Shown here piece by piece: positions 1 to 9,525 of a DNA stretch of 64,000 nt. This DNA comes from a virus (taxonomy: Duplodnaviria > Caudoviricetes), in the IMG/VR virus record IMGVR_UViG_3300008107_006173. One strand, 5' to 3'. Under the pieces are notes generated by a model that saw only the letters and a list, made by a program, of their open reading frames with translations, was not told the origin of the DNA and ran no database searches. Position numbers and translations under genes: made by a program. The first letter of the stretch is position 1. Every line of letters starts with the position of its first letter.

Positions 1-624
1 GGTAGCAAGCATGGGGTTTTTGTTATTGCGGAAATCGTATCCACAGAAGCTACAATTAAACTTGCACCCTAATGCAAGTTCAATAGTAAAGAATTCACCA
101 GACTGCCAAAAATCTGTTTCTATTGGTACAGGGCAAACTGGATTTTCTAAAATCTTAGTAGGTGGATTCTTTAGAGTTAGCGGATCTGTTGCAAATACAT
201 ACTTGCTTATATCCTTACCCTGAATCCATTCTGAAAAGATATTAGTGCTTCTACCAACAAATGAAACGTCAACCCAAGAGCTATCACCAACTACTACGCG
301 ATAACCACCGAGTATAACTTTTAGATGTGGAATGTCTTTTTTAAGCTCTAATACCAATGATTTAAAATCGTCAGTACTACTACCGTCAATGCTACCACTA
401 AGGGCTAGCCAAATGCCATCGCTATCACCAAACCATTTAAGGATTGATGTTTTGAGTAGTTCTAATGGCCATTCACGCCAATAGTCCATGTTAGTTGCAT
501 CTACTCCCAAACTTCTTGCAACGGCAGCAATATGCAAACTACCTGCGGGCCTGCCGTTATTTTTTATCAGACCTACTCTAGTAGGTTTCAAACCGAGATC
601 TGATAAAATTAGAAGTTTCTTCAT
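1..624 (-). CDS. B12-binding radical SAM protein (partial, runs off window start; absent from ORF track)
   Basis: ATG at 624 overlaps the clamp-loader TGA; open to base 1; MKKLLILSDLG...VILGG...IELALGCKFNCSFCGYD contains CxxxCxxC after an N-terminal cobalamin-binding-like region. Confidence 0.75.
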   Translation of the reverse strand, partial: MKKLLILSDLGLKPTRVGLIKNNGRPAGSLHIAAVARSLGVDATNMDYWREWPLELLKTSILKWFGDSDGIWLALSGSIDGSSTDDFKSLVLELKKDIPHLKVILGGYRVVVGDSSWVDVSFVGRSTNIFSEWIQGKDISKYVFATDPLTLKNPPTKILENPVCPVPIETDFWQSGEFFTIELALGCKFNCSFCGYDFRNNKNPMLAT

Positions 625-1547
625 CACTGGGAATTCAATTGTAGCTCAATTAGTGTAGCACTAAGATTAATTTCTGAATCAGCACATAGGCTGCTCTTGG
701 CCATTCCATCACGAATAATCACAACAGCTTGGTCCTGTTGTAACTGTGTCTTGCCCCAAAGATCTAGATTGCGATACATGAAGCGATACACTTCGTCATA
801 CTCTTCCGGCCGGGCTTGCCCTACAATAAGTTCACGAGCAGTTTTATATTCGCCACTCTTAAACAGATCAATAGCATTCAGCATCCAATCACTGGAACTC
901 TTATCACCTGCTTGCGGCTTTTGTAATGTACCATCAACAACATTTTGCTGTACTAGGTTAATACACTTACGCAAGTCTGGATAGGTTGCTTGTACATAAG
1001 TGTCCAGCGTTTCTAGATCAATATCAACACCTTCGGTTACACAGATTTCTGCAATCCTTGCAGTAAATTCTGTAATGTCTAACTTTTCAATGTGAAAGCC
1101 CTGACAACGACTGTGTAGTGCAGGAATAATCTTATGAGGATAGTTACAAGTTAGGATAAATCTACAGAAGTTGCTAAATGTTTCCATAACATTACGCAAT
1201 GCTGCTTGAGCGTTTGGAGACAGGTAATCCGCCTCGTCAAGTAGAATATATCGCATACCACCAAAGCCCATTGTAGTTGCAAACTTTGTGATACGATCTC
1301 TTACTTCATCAACACCATTTTGAGATGAACCATTCATCTCTAAAATATCCATACTATCGACACCAAGCTCGTTGAGCAATACTCTTGCTAGAGTAGTTTT
1401 TCCTGTACCGGGAGCACCGCTAAACAATAGATGCGGCAATGCACCATCAGTAATCCAGCCACTCACCTGTTGTTTTTGTTTCGTGTCGCGAAACACATAT
1501 TCGTTAATCGCCTTGGGGCGATATTTTTCTGTCCAAAGTTCTTTCAT
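624..1547 (-). CDS. Sliding-clamp loader small subunit (RFC / T4 gp44-like AAA+)
   Basis: WTEKYRP, Walker A GAPGTGKT, Walker B LLDEAD, SRC motif, YPDLR. Confidence 0.95.
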   Translation of the reverse strand: MKELWTEKYRPKAINEYVFRDTKQKQQVSGWITDGALPHLLFSGAPGTGKTTLARVLLNELGVDSMDILEMNGSSQNGVDEVRDRITKFATTMGFGGMRYILLDEADYLSPNAQAALRNVMETFSNFCRFILTCNYPHKIIPALHSRCQGFHIEKLDITEFTARIAEICVTEGVDIDLETLDTYVQATYPDLRKCINLVQQNVVDGTLQKPQAGDKSSSDWMLNAIDLFKSGEYKTARELIVGQARPEEYDEVYRFMYRNLDLWGKTQLQQDQAVVIIRDGMAKSSLCADSEINLSATLIELQLNSQ

Positions 1548-1556
1548 TGCGCTCTC

Positions 1557-1787
1557 TTATTGAATGGTAATATCTGGTATATCTAGCTTTTTAACTCGGT
1601 CTCGTGAATTATATATCTCCAACATAATATCGTTGAAATCACTTTCCGAAAGGATAGTTTTATAGATAGTTAATGCCTGTGCTGCTAGTACAGCAGCAAT
1701 TTCTAAACCGCTATGACCGTCTGTTAATGTTTTTTCTGCAACAAATTGCATTACATCTTGGTAGAGTTGCTCAGTTAAATCTTTCAT
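1557..1787 (-). CDS. Hypothetical protein
   Basis: 76-aa ORF tightly packed in operon. Confidence 0.7.
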   Translation of the reverse strand: MKDLTEQLYQDVMQFVAEKTLTDGHSGLEIAAVLAAQALTIYKTILSESDFNDIMLEIYNSRDRVKKLDIPDITIQ

Positions 1788-1954
1788 ACTAGTTCCTCTA
1801 GAACGCCTAGCAGCTCTGCGCCAATTAGAAGTAGGCCTGCTCCTACTAGATTGCCCTGTATCAGGAATACGCCAGCAATAATACGCAGAACGCTTTTGCT
1901 TAGGCTTACATAAAAATGACCCTTACCGGGGTCCTTGGAATTGATTTTAAACAT
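1784..1954 (-). CDS. Small membrane protein
   Basis: Start moved to ATG 1954 (AGGAG RBS upstream); two hydrophobic segments. Confidence 0.65.
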   Translation of the reverse strand: MFKINSKDPGKGHFYVSLSKSVLRIIAGVFLIQGNLVGAGLLLIGAELLGVLEELV

Positions 1955-1979
1955 ACATGGTCTCCTATGTCCCATGTAC

Positions 1980-2008
1980 ATTATAGCAAAAAAACAGGCT
2001 TATGTCAA
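1980..2008 (-). promoter_or_regulatory. sigma70-type early promoter
   Basis: TTGACA-N17-TATAAT on minus strand. Confidence 0.75.
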
Positions 2009-2175
2009 TTGTTTTTTGTTTTACCCATCTCGACACCTGCGGCGCTGAGAATCAAAAGTATAGAAAGTATTAACCACCAAGCTGAAACTTGCCCCCAAAT
2101 AACAGCGGCAAGTAGAATATTGCCCGAAAGGCCTAGGGAAGTTAACCCAACTTTTTCAACTGTTGATATTTTCAT
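2005..2175 (-). CDS. Small membrane protein (56 aa, absent from ORF track)
   Basis: MKISTVEKVGLTSLGLSGNILLAAVIWGQVSAWWLILSILLILSAAGVEMGKTKNN; start overlaps GroES stop. Confidence 0.6.
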   Translation of the reverse strand: MKISTVEKVGLTSLGLSGNILLAAVIWGQVSAWWLILSILLILSAAGVEMGKTKNN

Positions 2176-2543
2176 ATAAATTCTTTCTTTGCTGCACTCA
2201 CAGCATTAGTATTGAAAACAATAGTATCAGATGGAGGTTCATCGCTGACTAGCAAGCATGCCTTTGGGTCGACTTTCCATACCTTCTTTTTATTTTCTGG
2301 AGTATCAAAGCGTTCATCTTCTAATTCAATCGCTTCTGTCCAACGAGCATATTCAACATAAACCCATTGCCCGGGCTGTATCCAATCGATATCTGGGCCT
2401 ACTTCAAATACGCGAAACCAGCGAGGCACAATGCCTTCGCCCTTGCCAATAGTACTTTGTACAATTAGTCCGCCAGCGGTAACCTTATCACCAAAGTCGC
2501 CATCGGTACACAGTATATTATCTCTAATTGCTCGCAGTTGCAT
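2172..2543 (-). CDS. groES: GroES/Cpn10-like co-chaperonin
   Basis: MQLRAIRDNIL...TAGGLIV...VFEVGP...IQPGQWV; GGAGG RBS before ATG 2543. Confidence 0.8.
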   Translation of the reverse strand: MQLRAIRDNILCTDGDFGDKVTAGGLIVQSTIGKGEGIVPRWFRVFEVGPDIDWIQPGQWVYVEYARWTEAIELEDERFDTPENKKKVWKVDPKACLLVSDEPPSDTIVFNTNAVSAAKKEFI

Positions 2544-2544
2544 T

Positions 2545-2895
2545 TTAGCCTCCAAGTTTCTTAAAAGCGCGGCGCATCCGTATATCATGTTTTAGATCTC
2601 CCATTGGATGCTCGTCGGGGAGATCATTAATTACTTCCAACAACAATTTTAAATCGTTAATGAGTGTGGCATCAATTTGAGCGTCTTCTTTGCCTGTCTT
2701 AATAGTTATAACACCTGCGGCAGCCGGTTGCGTAAATGCAAATCCGTTACCACTGATACCACTGATACTGTGAGGAACTGTAAATGTAGGAGCCGCTGTT
2801 GTTATTGTACCTGCTGCTGTCTTTAGCCCGTGATGCGGACCAGAAAGAATACTATTGCCATTTTGATTAGCAAAGACTGTTTTACTATTACTCAT
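2545..2895 (-). CDS. Hypothetical protein
   Basis: ORF; likely start MSNSK at 2895. Confidence 0.6.
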   Translation of the reverse strand: MSNSKTVFANQNGNSILSGPHHGLKTAAGTITTAAPTFTVPHSISGISGNGFAFTQPAAAGVITIKTGKEDAQIDATLINDLKLLLEVINDLPDEHPMGDLKHDIRMRRAFKKLGG

Positions 2896-3304
2896 CACTC
2901 TTATACACGGGAACCATTTCGATGTCACCGTTTGGGAGTGTTACTTCTCTATAACCAATTGGTTCAACGGGAGCATCAAACTCATCGGGCTCAGCGACCG
3001 GAGCAGGCTTATTAGCCTTTGCTGTTGCTGCTGTCTTTACTTCAGCAGTTTTAGGAGCATCAGGCGTTAATTTAGCTGATGGTGTTTCACCCTTAAGGCT
3101 TGCTGATGAGGTACTGCTGCGAGGATTGCTTTTATAATATGCTCGCACACGCTCTTCGTTCTTTTGAACAATTTCACCACCTTTACCTAGCACATCACCC
3201 TGTGCGTTGACACGCATGTTTCCAACCGCAGGCGATGCCTGTTGACTGGCTATAAGCGCATCAAAATCTACTTGCATACCTCGGTTGCTTCTGCGAACAG
3301 TCAT
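2888..3304 (-). CDS. Hypothetical protein
   Basis: 138-aa ORF with Ala/Pro/Lys linker, GAGG RBS. Confidence 0.7.
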   Translation of the reverse strand: MTVRRSNRGMQVDFDALIASQQASPAVGNMRVNAQGDVLGKGGEIVQKNEERVRAYYKSNPRSSTSSASLKGETPSAKLTPDAPKTAEVKTAATAKANKPAPVAEPDEFDAPVEPIGYREVTLPNGDIEMVPVYKSDE

Positions 3305-3311
3305 TTTAACC

Positions 3312-3770
3312 TCACTTTAAAAATTCTCTAATATCTAAATTATATTTAACACTATCAATCTTGTGAACCCCGATGAGGTAGAGGCAGTAACTAGCTACAC
3401 TACTGCCTCTACCCACACCCCAAACAAGATTGTGTTTACGCATCGTATCAACAATATATATCAACAATTGCAGTATTGGAAATAACTTCCTGGTGCGGAA
3501 TAATTCTAGTTCCATTTCTACACGGTCTTGCCCATCGGGCGTTAAGTTACGAGATAGATTACGCACATACTGCTCAACATCAATTTGCTTGTAGTGTTGG
3601 GGTATATTGAACTCCTTGCTATAATCAATTTTATTTACAAGTTGCTCAATATCCAATTGTTCGCACATACTGTTGAATTTATCAACATCATCGAAAGGGA
3701 TATTATATAGACTTCTACCTCTATATAATAATTCAATTCCTTGATCTTCAGTGCAGAGTATTTGTTGCAT
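3312..3770 (-). CDS. DNA polymerase III alpha (family C) fragment
   Basis: WGVGRGSSVASYCLYLIGVHKIDSVKYNLDIREFLK matches DnaE GxGRGS...LxxxLGITxxDP...LxFERFL; only 152 aa. Confidence 0.8.
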   Translation of the reverse strand: MQQILCTEDQGIELLYRGRSLYNIPFDDVDKFNSMCEQLDIEQLVNKIDYSKEFNIPQHYKQIDVEQYVRNLSRNLTPDGQDRVEMELELFRTRKLFPILQLLIYIVDTMRKHNLVWGVGRGSSVASYCLYLIGVHKIDSVKYNLDIREFLK

Positions 3771-3776
3771 TATTAT

Positions 3777-3805
3777 ATTATAACTTAATAACTTTTGATT
3801 GTCAA
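3777..3805 (-). promoter_or_regulatory. sigma70-type early promoter
   Basis: TTGACA-N17-TATAAT just upstream of the DnaE fragment. Confidence 0.7.
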
Positions 3806-3807
3806 TA

Positions 3808-4566
3808 CTAAATTACTTTTGGGATCCACTTTTTGGGTTTCTTTTCGGCAAAATCAATTTCTATAACTTCTGCTTCTTCGGGGGCTTTCCCTTCTTTGGA
3901 ATCTTTTGCCCGCTTGAACAGCGATCTAATTTCTTCCTCAAGTACTTCAAATGCTTGATTATGCATGTTAGCATCTTCATCTTCATCTTGCATACGCTTG
4001 CGTACAGCTTCTAGTTCCTCAGGAGATTCTGCACAGTTATCAAATGTGCTAGCATCATTCCTATCCCACCATGGCTCTTCCCAAAAACTTAGTTCGCCCA
4101 ACCATTCGGCCGTCGACGGTAATGCTGGCACTACATCATCAAACTCATCTGAGAAGTAATCATAGTTTAATTGGAGGTCTAGGTCTCTTAGTTGTATTCT
4201 TTCAATGTTTGAGTGTGTTGCGATAGCATTCATTTTAGAATGTAGTGCTAAAACAAGAATGTGTTCTTCGAGCGTTGGGAGTATCATTAAATTATTATCA
4301 AATGATGTAGCTATATATTTGTGCATTTCTGCCATGATATCATTTTTAAAAACAAAACTTTCGTTAACTACATTTTCTAAGAAGTATAAAATTTTACTGA
4401 AGCTTACATTTTGATCTACTTGGGCTTGAAAAATATCATCTACTTCTGACCCATCAGTTGATAATGTAAAGCCTAATTCGTAGGTTTTAACTTCTACTTT
4501 TTTGATGCTGTTATCAAACATCATTAATTTTAGTTTAATAGTTTTTTCAAGATTGAAGCTTCTCAC
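3808..4566 (-). CDS. Hypothetical acidic protein
   Basis: 252-aa ORF in operon. Confidence 0.75.
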   Translation of the reverse strand: MRSFNLEKTIKLKLMMFDNSIKKVEVKTYELGFTLSTDGSEVDDIFQAQVDQNVSFSKILYFLENVVNESFVFKNDIMAEMHKYIATSFDNNLMILPTLEEHILVLALHSKMNAIATHSNIERIQLRDLDLQLNYDYFSDEFDDVVPALPSTAEWLGELSFWEEPWWDRNDASTFDNCAESPEELEAVRKRMQDEDEDANMHNQAFEVLEEEIRSLFKRAKDSKEGKAPEEAEVIEIDFAEKKPKKWIPKVI

Positions 4567-4865
4567 TTTTTCACCCCCTTGTGGTATTGTTGTACAACAG
4601 CGTTAAGTAGAACTTCCTTACTATAGTCTGGTGTAAAAGTTTCCTGGTCTACGGTACCAATTTCAATTATTTTATCTTCAACTTTTACACGCTTCTTGTA
4701 ACACATTTCATCATAGGCATCGTTAGCAATGCCGATCATGTCAACTAATTGATTATAGATCGGGGATGTGGCATTAATTTTAAAAAGCTGTTTGTTTAAT
4801 CTTTCAATTTCAGCCACAAGTTTATCCTCAGGCAACTCGTATACTTTTGCATAATAATCTTCCAT
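4563..4865 (-). CDS. Hypothetical protein
   Basis: 100-aa ORF, overlapping stops/starts. Confidence 0.7.
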   Translation of the reverse strand: MEDYYAKVYELPEDKLVAEIERLNKQLFKINATSPIYNQLVDMIGIANDAYDEMCYKKRVKVEDKIIEIGTVDQETFTPDYSKEVLLNAVVQQYHKGVKK

Positions 4866-5179
4866 TAGTTGCCTCCGGTAATTATTTTAAAGAATGCCAT
4901 GCTCTCTGCATCCTTAAATCTTATTTCATTATTTTTGAGTTGATAGTCCCATAATTCTCTGAGACCTAATTGTTTGAGTTTAGTTTTAATCTCTTCTCTA
5001 TGACTGCTATTGATTCTAATGTCAAATTTAATTCTATAGCTGCGCCATTGCATCCAAAGATCAAAAAAGTATGAAGTTCGTTCAGTGACTGAAGGATTCA
5101 ATTTACCAAAGGCTTGAATCATTTCGTCGTCTATAAAGATATCCTTGTAGATACTACTGCGGGATGCACTTTTGCTCAT
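4865..5179 (-). CDS. Hypothetical protein
   Basis: 104-aa ORF; C-terminal IRFKD..SMAFFKI motif. Confidence 0.65.
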   Translation of the reverse strand: MSKSASRSSIYKDIFIDDEMIQAFGKLNPSVTERTSYFFDLWMQWRSYRIKFDIRINSSHREEIKTKLKQLGLRELWDYQLKNNEIRFKDAESMAFFKIITGGN

Positions 5180-6017
5180 CGTAGTAAACCTTTAGTGTCT
5201 GTTCAGTTATGTGTAGAACTTGCTTACGCATTCTAAAAATTAAGTCAGTAACGCCAAAAGCATTATCTACAAAATTTTCAATAGTAAATTTTTCTTCGTT
5301 GCCTATAGCTAAACAGTTATAACCTATAATTTTATGATTTAACCTTCCAAAGTTTAGCTGAGACTTATCTATTTCAAATTTTCTTAAAGGAACGTTAGTG
5401 ACAGTGAAGCAGGCTGTTGTTTTAAACACATCATTGGTATCTGCAATTACTGACGCAACCTTACCATCATTTTTGCTACGATCTAACACCACAGTAAATC
5501 TTCTATTCAAACTTACTAGTGATTGATATCTATCGCTTTCTTTGGCTAATTTAAAACCAATAGTTTCAAAATATTCTATGACTTCACTGTCTGAATCATT
5601 AATAATAATTCCTGTAAAATTTTCTAAGCCTGTTGTGCTATATCGTTTTTTATCAATTAATGTGTATTCGTTGTTTAAAAACATTTCAGTCCAATCTTCA
5701 GGGACAAATAAAATTCTTAACGAATTACTCAAGGTAATTGAAAACGCATTGCTGTTTTCTAGAGATAGTGAATCAGCAATCAATTCTAATGTTGTTAGTG
5801 GCATATTAAAACCAATACCACTTATACGGGGCTCTAGGCCGTCTGCAATTTCTCTTAGTAAAATGATACTTTGATTTTGCGACCAAAATCCAACGGGTGC
5901 AGAGTTATGCTGACTTCTATGCACGAAACCCATTTTATTTAATTTTGTATGTATAGTTTCCCTGTCGTTAACGGATGGATCAAAACTATATTCTAAGAAA
6001 CTAAAATTTGACATCAC
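5154..6017 (-). CDS. HPPD-like / VOC-fold protein, probably metal-site degenerate
   Basis: FSFLEY..KMGFVHRSQHNS..FWSQNQSIILL..ISGIGF and IADTNDVFKT resemble 4-hydroxyphenylpyruvate dioxygenase motifs by eye. Confidence 0.45.
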   Translation of the reverse strand: MMSNFSFLEYSFDPSVNDRETIHTKLNKMGFVHRSQHNSAPVGFWSQNQSIILLREIADGLEPRISGIGFNMPLTTLELIADSLSLENSNAFSITLSNSLRILFVPEDWTEMFLNNEYTLIDKKRYSTTGLENFTGIIINDSDSEVIEYFETIGFKLAKESDRYQSLVSLNRRFTVVLDRSKNDGKVASVIADTNDVFKTTACFTVTNVPLRKFEIDKSQLNFGRLNHKIIGYNCLAIGNEEKFTIENFVDNAFGVTDLIFRMRKQVLHITEQTLKVYYDEQKCIPQ

Positions 6018-6370
6018 ACTTTAAAATTGACACTCTCACCGCAACCACAAGAACTTGCTGCAAGGGGAGACCATATATCAATAACTGATCCGCTGATGTC
6101 AGTTTTCTTATCTACAACACTTCCGGTTAAGTAAAGTTCTGATGTTTTGTCCAACCAAAACATCCAACCATCATAGCTATGACCATATTCAGTCATGTCT
6201 ATTTCACTTGGACTTTTTACTAGTTCCCAGTGGTAACTGAAGCCAGCACAGCCGCCGCCAGAGAGACTCAATCTCACGCCTAGAGCATTTGCGCCTTTAA
6301 CAACCGCAGCAAAATGTTCCTGTGCAGTTGGGGTAAAGTTAACGATTTCTTCTTGCATTTTAGTATCCAT
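6014..6370 (-). CDS. iscA: A-type Fe-S carrier (IscA/SufA/HesB)
   Basis: RLSLSGGGCAGFSY and SSCGCGESVNF; start shortened to 6370 (or 6358). Confidence 0.9.
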   Translation of the reverse strand: MDTKMQEEIVNFTPTAQEHFAAVVKGANALGVRLSLSGGGCAGFSYHWELVKSPSEIDMTEYGHSYDGWMFWLDKTSELYLTGSVVDKKTDISGSVIDIWSPLAASSCGCGESVNFKV

Positions 6371-6374
6371 ACTT

Positions 6375-6884
6375 TTATTTAACCATTTTGCATCGTAAGT
6401 TAATAACATAACGAATACCTTCCTTAACACGCTTTACTTCGTGCTCATGTTCGTATGTATAAGCTAACATATCACCCGGTTGTAAATCCATCAGTTGGTT
6501 TTCAACAATTAGCTCACCGCCTTTATAACTTGCTGGATCAGATAATTGAATAATAATGGATAAGTCGGTTGGCTGTTGTGTTTTTTCTGCGTAACTATCT
6601 ACATGTTTGGCTATGAAACCATTATAGCCATATTTTAAAATTCTACAATAAACAAGTTCAACTTCATAAGACAATGATTCTAGAATGCTGTCTTTCACTG
6701 CCCCCCAAATGTTTTTAAATTCTTCCTTAGTATACTTGCTTAAAAGGAAAACACCGTTAAGACCCGACGCATGACGATCGACACGATTACCGTCAATCTC
6801 AACTACATTAGTAGTGTTTCTATATAATCCCCATACTTCATCTATGAGTTGATAGGGTAATACATTTCTTACAACGATTTTCAC
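6375..6884 (-). CDS. 2OG-Fe(II) oxygenase (P4H/PKHD-like)
   Basis: HVD...LSIIIQLS..YKGGEL...HEVKRVKEGIRY. Confidence 0.9.
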   Translation of the reverse strand: MKIVVRNVLPYQLIDEVWGLYRNTTNVVEIDGNRVDRHASGLNGVFLLSKYTKEEFKNIWGAVKDSILESLSYEVELVYCRILKYGYNGFIAKHVDSYAEKTQQPTDLSIIIQLSDPASYKGGELIVENQLMDLQPGDMLAYTYEHEHEVKRVKEGIRYVINLRCKMVK

Positions 6885-7372
6885 ATCATAAGCCTTAAAT
6901 TAGCGATCCATCGATTTCCGGATTTAACCATTTTTACTTCATGCGGATCTGAATAGTGATATAATGTAGCATCGCCTATATTCATGTTCATCATTATATT
7001 ATTGACCATAAGATGGCCGCCTTTATAGCTCTGTGGATCATTGAGTTGAATTATTAGTCCGTGATTACTTTCACCATCACTTTCCATCCAACCATCACGG
7101 TGTAAACCAATTCGTGTTTTGGGAGGATAGTGTATTAATCGAAAACTTTTTATTTCAGCATTTGGTAGAATTGCTTCAATATACTTAAAATAGCTTGAGG
7201 CCTCATCCTTGCTTATACGATAAAAGTTATATGACCAATCTCGATTTATTTCTTTTCTTGGTAAAACTTGTCCAGAGAAAGATTCAAACATTTCAGACAT
7301 GTTTGGAACCGTTGCTATGAGTTCCTCACAAATAGCCTTTGGTAATACATCTTTGAATTGTGTTGCTGCCAT
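6881..7372 (-). CDS. 2OG-Fe(II) oxygenase (tandem paralog)
   Basis: HRD...YKGGHL...HEVKMVKSGNRW. Confidence 0.9.
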   Translation of the reverse strand: MAATQFKDVLPKAICEELIATVPNMSEMFESFSGQVLPRKEINRDWSYNFYRISKDEASSYFKYIEAILPNAEIKSFRLIHYPPKTRIGLHRDGWMESDGESNHGLIIQLNDPQSYKGGHLMVNNIMMNMNIGDATLYHYSDPHEVKMVKSGNRWIANLRLMM

Positions 7373-7374
7373 CG

Positions 7375-7962
7375 TTATCGTTTATTAATTATTTCGTCTA
7401 CAAGTCCGTAAGCAAGAGCTTCTTGTGCGCTCATGAAAAAGTCACGCTCCATATCCTTTGAAAGCTCTTCAAAAATCTTGCCTGCGCTGTTATGCTTAAC
7501 ATAGATTTCAGTGAGGTTCTTCTTCATTGCGAGAATCTCCTTAACTTGAATTTCCATGTCTGTGGCTTGACCTCGAGCACCGCCACTGGGCTGGTGAATC
7601 ATATGTCGTGCGCTAGGTAGCATCTTGCGCTTGCCAGGTGCGCCTGCTTGTGCTAGCAGACTACCCATAGAGCAAGCCTGCCCCATAACAATAGTGCATA
7701 CATCCGGCTTGATATATTGCATAGTGTCGTACATTGCCATCCCGGCTGTTACAACGCCACCTGGGCTGTTAATATAGAAACTAATATCAGCATCGGGGTC
7801 TTCGGCTTCTAGAAAAAGCAACTGGGCACAGATACTGTTACTAACTGCGTCGTGTACTTCGCCGTTAAGGAAGATAATGCGCTCCTTGAGCAAACGGCTA
7901 TAGATATCGTAGCTGCGCTCTCCTGCTGAGGTCTTTTCGATTACATATGGTACAAAGTTCAT
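7375..7962 (-). CDS. clpP: ATP-dependent Clp protease proteolytic subunit
   Basis: [30 protein letters not shown] (Ser), MIHQP (His), ERDFF (Asp). Confidence 0.97.
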   Translation of the reverse strand: MNFVPYVIEKTSAGERSYDIYSRLLKERIIFLNGEVHDAVSNSICAQLLFLEAEDPDADISFYINSPGGVVTAGMAMYDTMQYIKPDVCTIVMGQACSMGSLLAQAGAPGKRKMLPSARHMIHQPSGGARGQATDMEIQVKEILAMKKNLTEIYVKHNSAGKIFEELSKDMERDFFMSAQEALAYGLVDEIINKR

Positions 7963-7967
7963 GTGTG

Positions 7968-8363
7968 TTATCCTACTAGTGTGTGAATTTTATTGATGAT
8001 AGCTTGAAGCCCACGCTGCCGTTGAGAACTTAATACAGCAGCAATGGGTTTAAAGTCGTGATAGGTGATTTTTTTAATTTCTTTGGCAGGAAGATTATTA
8101 AAGGTATCTAATAGTATCTTACCAACGCCGTAAATCATATAAGTGTCTGTTTCAAATAAGAAGGTCCATGCATCACCTTGCTTTTGACCAACTATCCAAA
8201 CTTGACTCTGACAGCCGCTTACATAATTTTCTTGTAGTCGTATATTATAATCTTTTTTCTTAGCAAGCGCCTTTCCATTTTCCATGAATATGTCATAGAG
8301 AAATTCTGTGTTATCAACACTTTTGACGAGCTCGATATATTCGTTTAACTTTTCTATACTCAT
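7968..8363 (-). CDS. sufE: SufE sulfur acceptor
   Basis: [29 protein letters not shown]. Confidence 0.88.
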   Translation of the reverse strand: MSIEKLNEYIELVKSVDNTEFLYDIFMENGKALAKKKDYNIRLQENYVSGCQSQVWIVGQKQGDAWTFLFETDTYMIYGVGKILLDTFNNLPAKEIKKITYHDFKPIAAVLSSQRQRGLQAIINKIHTLVG

Positions 8364-8407
8364 GAATACATTGTAACATTACTAAGCTCAAAAGTCAATA
8401 CTTTTAG

Positions 8408-8755
8408 TTAGTAATACTTTCTAGCTAGAGTGTATTCTTCGCCGCTTGTAAGTTCGGTTAATGTTGCAGGATCTGCGTTTATTGCTTTGTAGATCTTACC
8501 TTCTTTCTTAAAGTAGGTCACATATTTGGCACCATCATTGACACCATCTGCTGGATTGTCTACTTTTAGAATTGGTGTATAACCTTCAAAATCAGCCATA
8601 GTTCCTACGCCATTAGATTCTTCTGGTCCAATGTGTACACCAACAATTAGATCCTCAACTGCAACGCCGTGTAGCTTTGCTGCAAATACTTTTTGGGCTT
8701 CTCTGTTTGATACATTCCAAGTTTTTGTACCTGCAGGATAAGAAATTGTTCCCAT
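8408..8755 (-). CDS. Hypothetical late protein
   Basis: ORF with AGGAG RBS and ATAAATA motif (8785-8791) upstream. Confidence 0.7.
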   Translation of the reverse strand: MGTISYPAGTKTWNVSNREAQKVFAAKLHGVAVEDLIVGVHIGPEESNGVGTMADFEGYTPILKVDNPADGVNDGAKYVTYFKKEGKIYKAINADPATLTELTSGEEYTLARKYY

Positions 8756-8787
8756 CGTTAAACTCCTAAATTAGTTTATATCACTAT

Positions 8788-9522
8788 TTATCTGATGACC
8801 GGTCCTAGGTTCTGCAAAATATCCCAAGTCTCTTCCCAATTCTCAACTTCGTAGCATCTGCTTCCGTTTTGTAGTTGATTTACAGCATCAGCAAGGGGCT
8901 TATCATTGCCGTTATCGTCCATACGATCACCAAAGAATTGTACGATATCTCCCTGCATGTATTTGATACATTGACGCTTATCGCGCCCCTTTGCAGTAAT
9001 ATCTATGCCAATCTCTCCAGCCACTTGGGCTACAATATTATGTAGCTCAAACTGCTCGTTTAGCCTATGTGCTATTTCAATACGCTCATTGCTGATAGCG
9101 TCCCATTCGTGATAGCGTTTTCGCTGCTCTATATTTGCATTTCTTCCCACAGTACTATAGTTGAACATAGCACCGCGATCTTCTATATGATTGCCGTAGC
9201 GTTCTGAATAAACGCTGGAGTTCAATTCATTGTTTAAAAATTCAACAAGTTCCGGCGGATAATCAAATTTGTAATCATAAACAATCTGACCTTTCTTGTA
9301 TACTGTATTCCCCATGCAATTACAGCAGTAGTCCACAGCATCAACAATTTTTTCGCCCAATTGTTCTACAGTCTTTGGCCTATCACTGCCAGTAACTAAT
9401 AAAACAGAACCACCCCAATTTTGAACACCGGCTACCCATGAAAGGAACCAATCTTCAAATTGGGGTGATATTTTTTGTCTGCTGGGCGTCAATGTACCAT
9501 CTACATCAAACGCAAAAAACAT
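8788..9522 (-). CDS. HAD-IIB hydrolase, eukaryote-type phosphomannomutase-like
   Basis: FDVDGTLT, VTGSD, IEDRGAMFNYS.VGR, FFGDRMD..GND. Confidence 0.85.
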   Translation of the reverse strand: MFFAFDVDGTLTPSRQKISPQFEDWFLSWVAGVQNWGGSVLLVTGSDRPKTVEQLGEKIVDAVDYCCNCMGNTVYKKGQIVYDYKFDYPPELVEFLNNELNSSVYSERYGNHIEDRGAMFNYSTVGRNANIEQRKRYHEWDAISNERIEIAHRLNEQFELHNIVAQVAGEIGIDITAKGRDKRQCIKYMQGDIVQFFGDRMDDNGNDKPLADAVNQLQNGSRCYEVENWEETWDILQNLGPVIR

Positions 9523-9525
9523 AGA

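Noticed and set aside
3312-3808. Intein or programmed frameshift continuing the DnaE fragment
   Set aside because: No Cys/Ser-start intein motif and no PDxDxD-containing frame downstream of the stop
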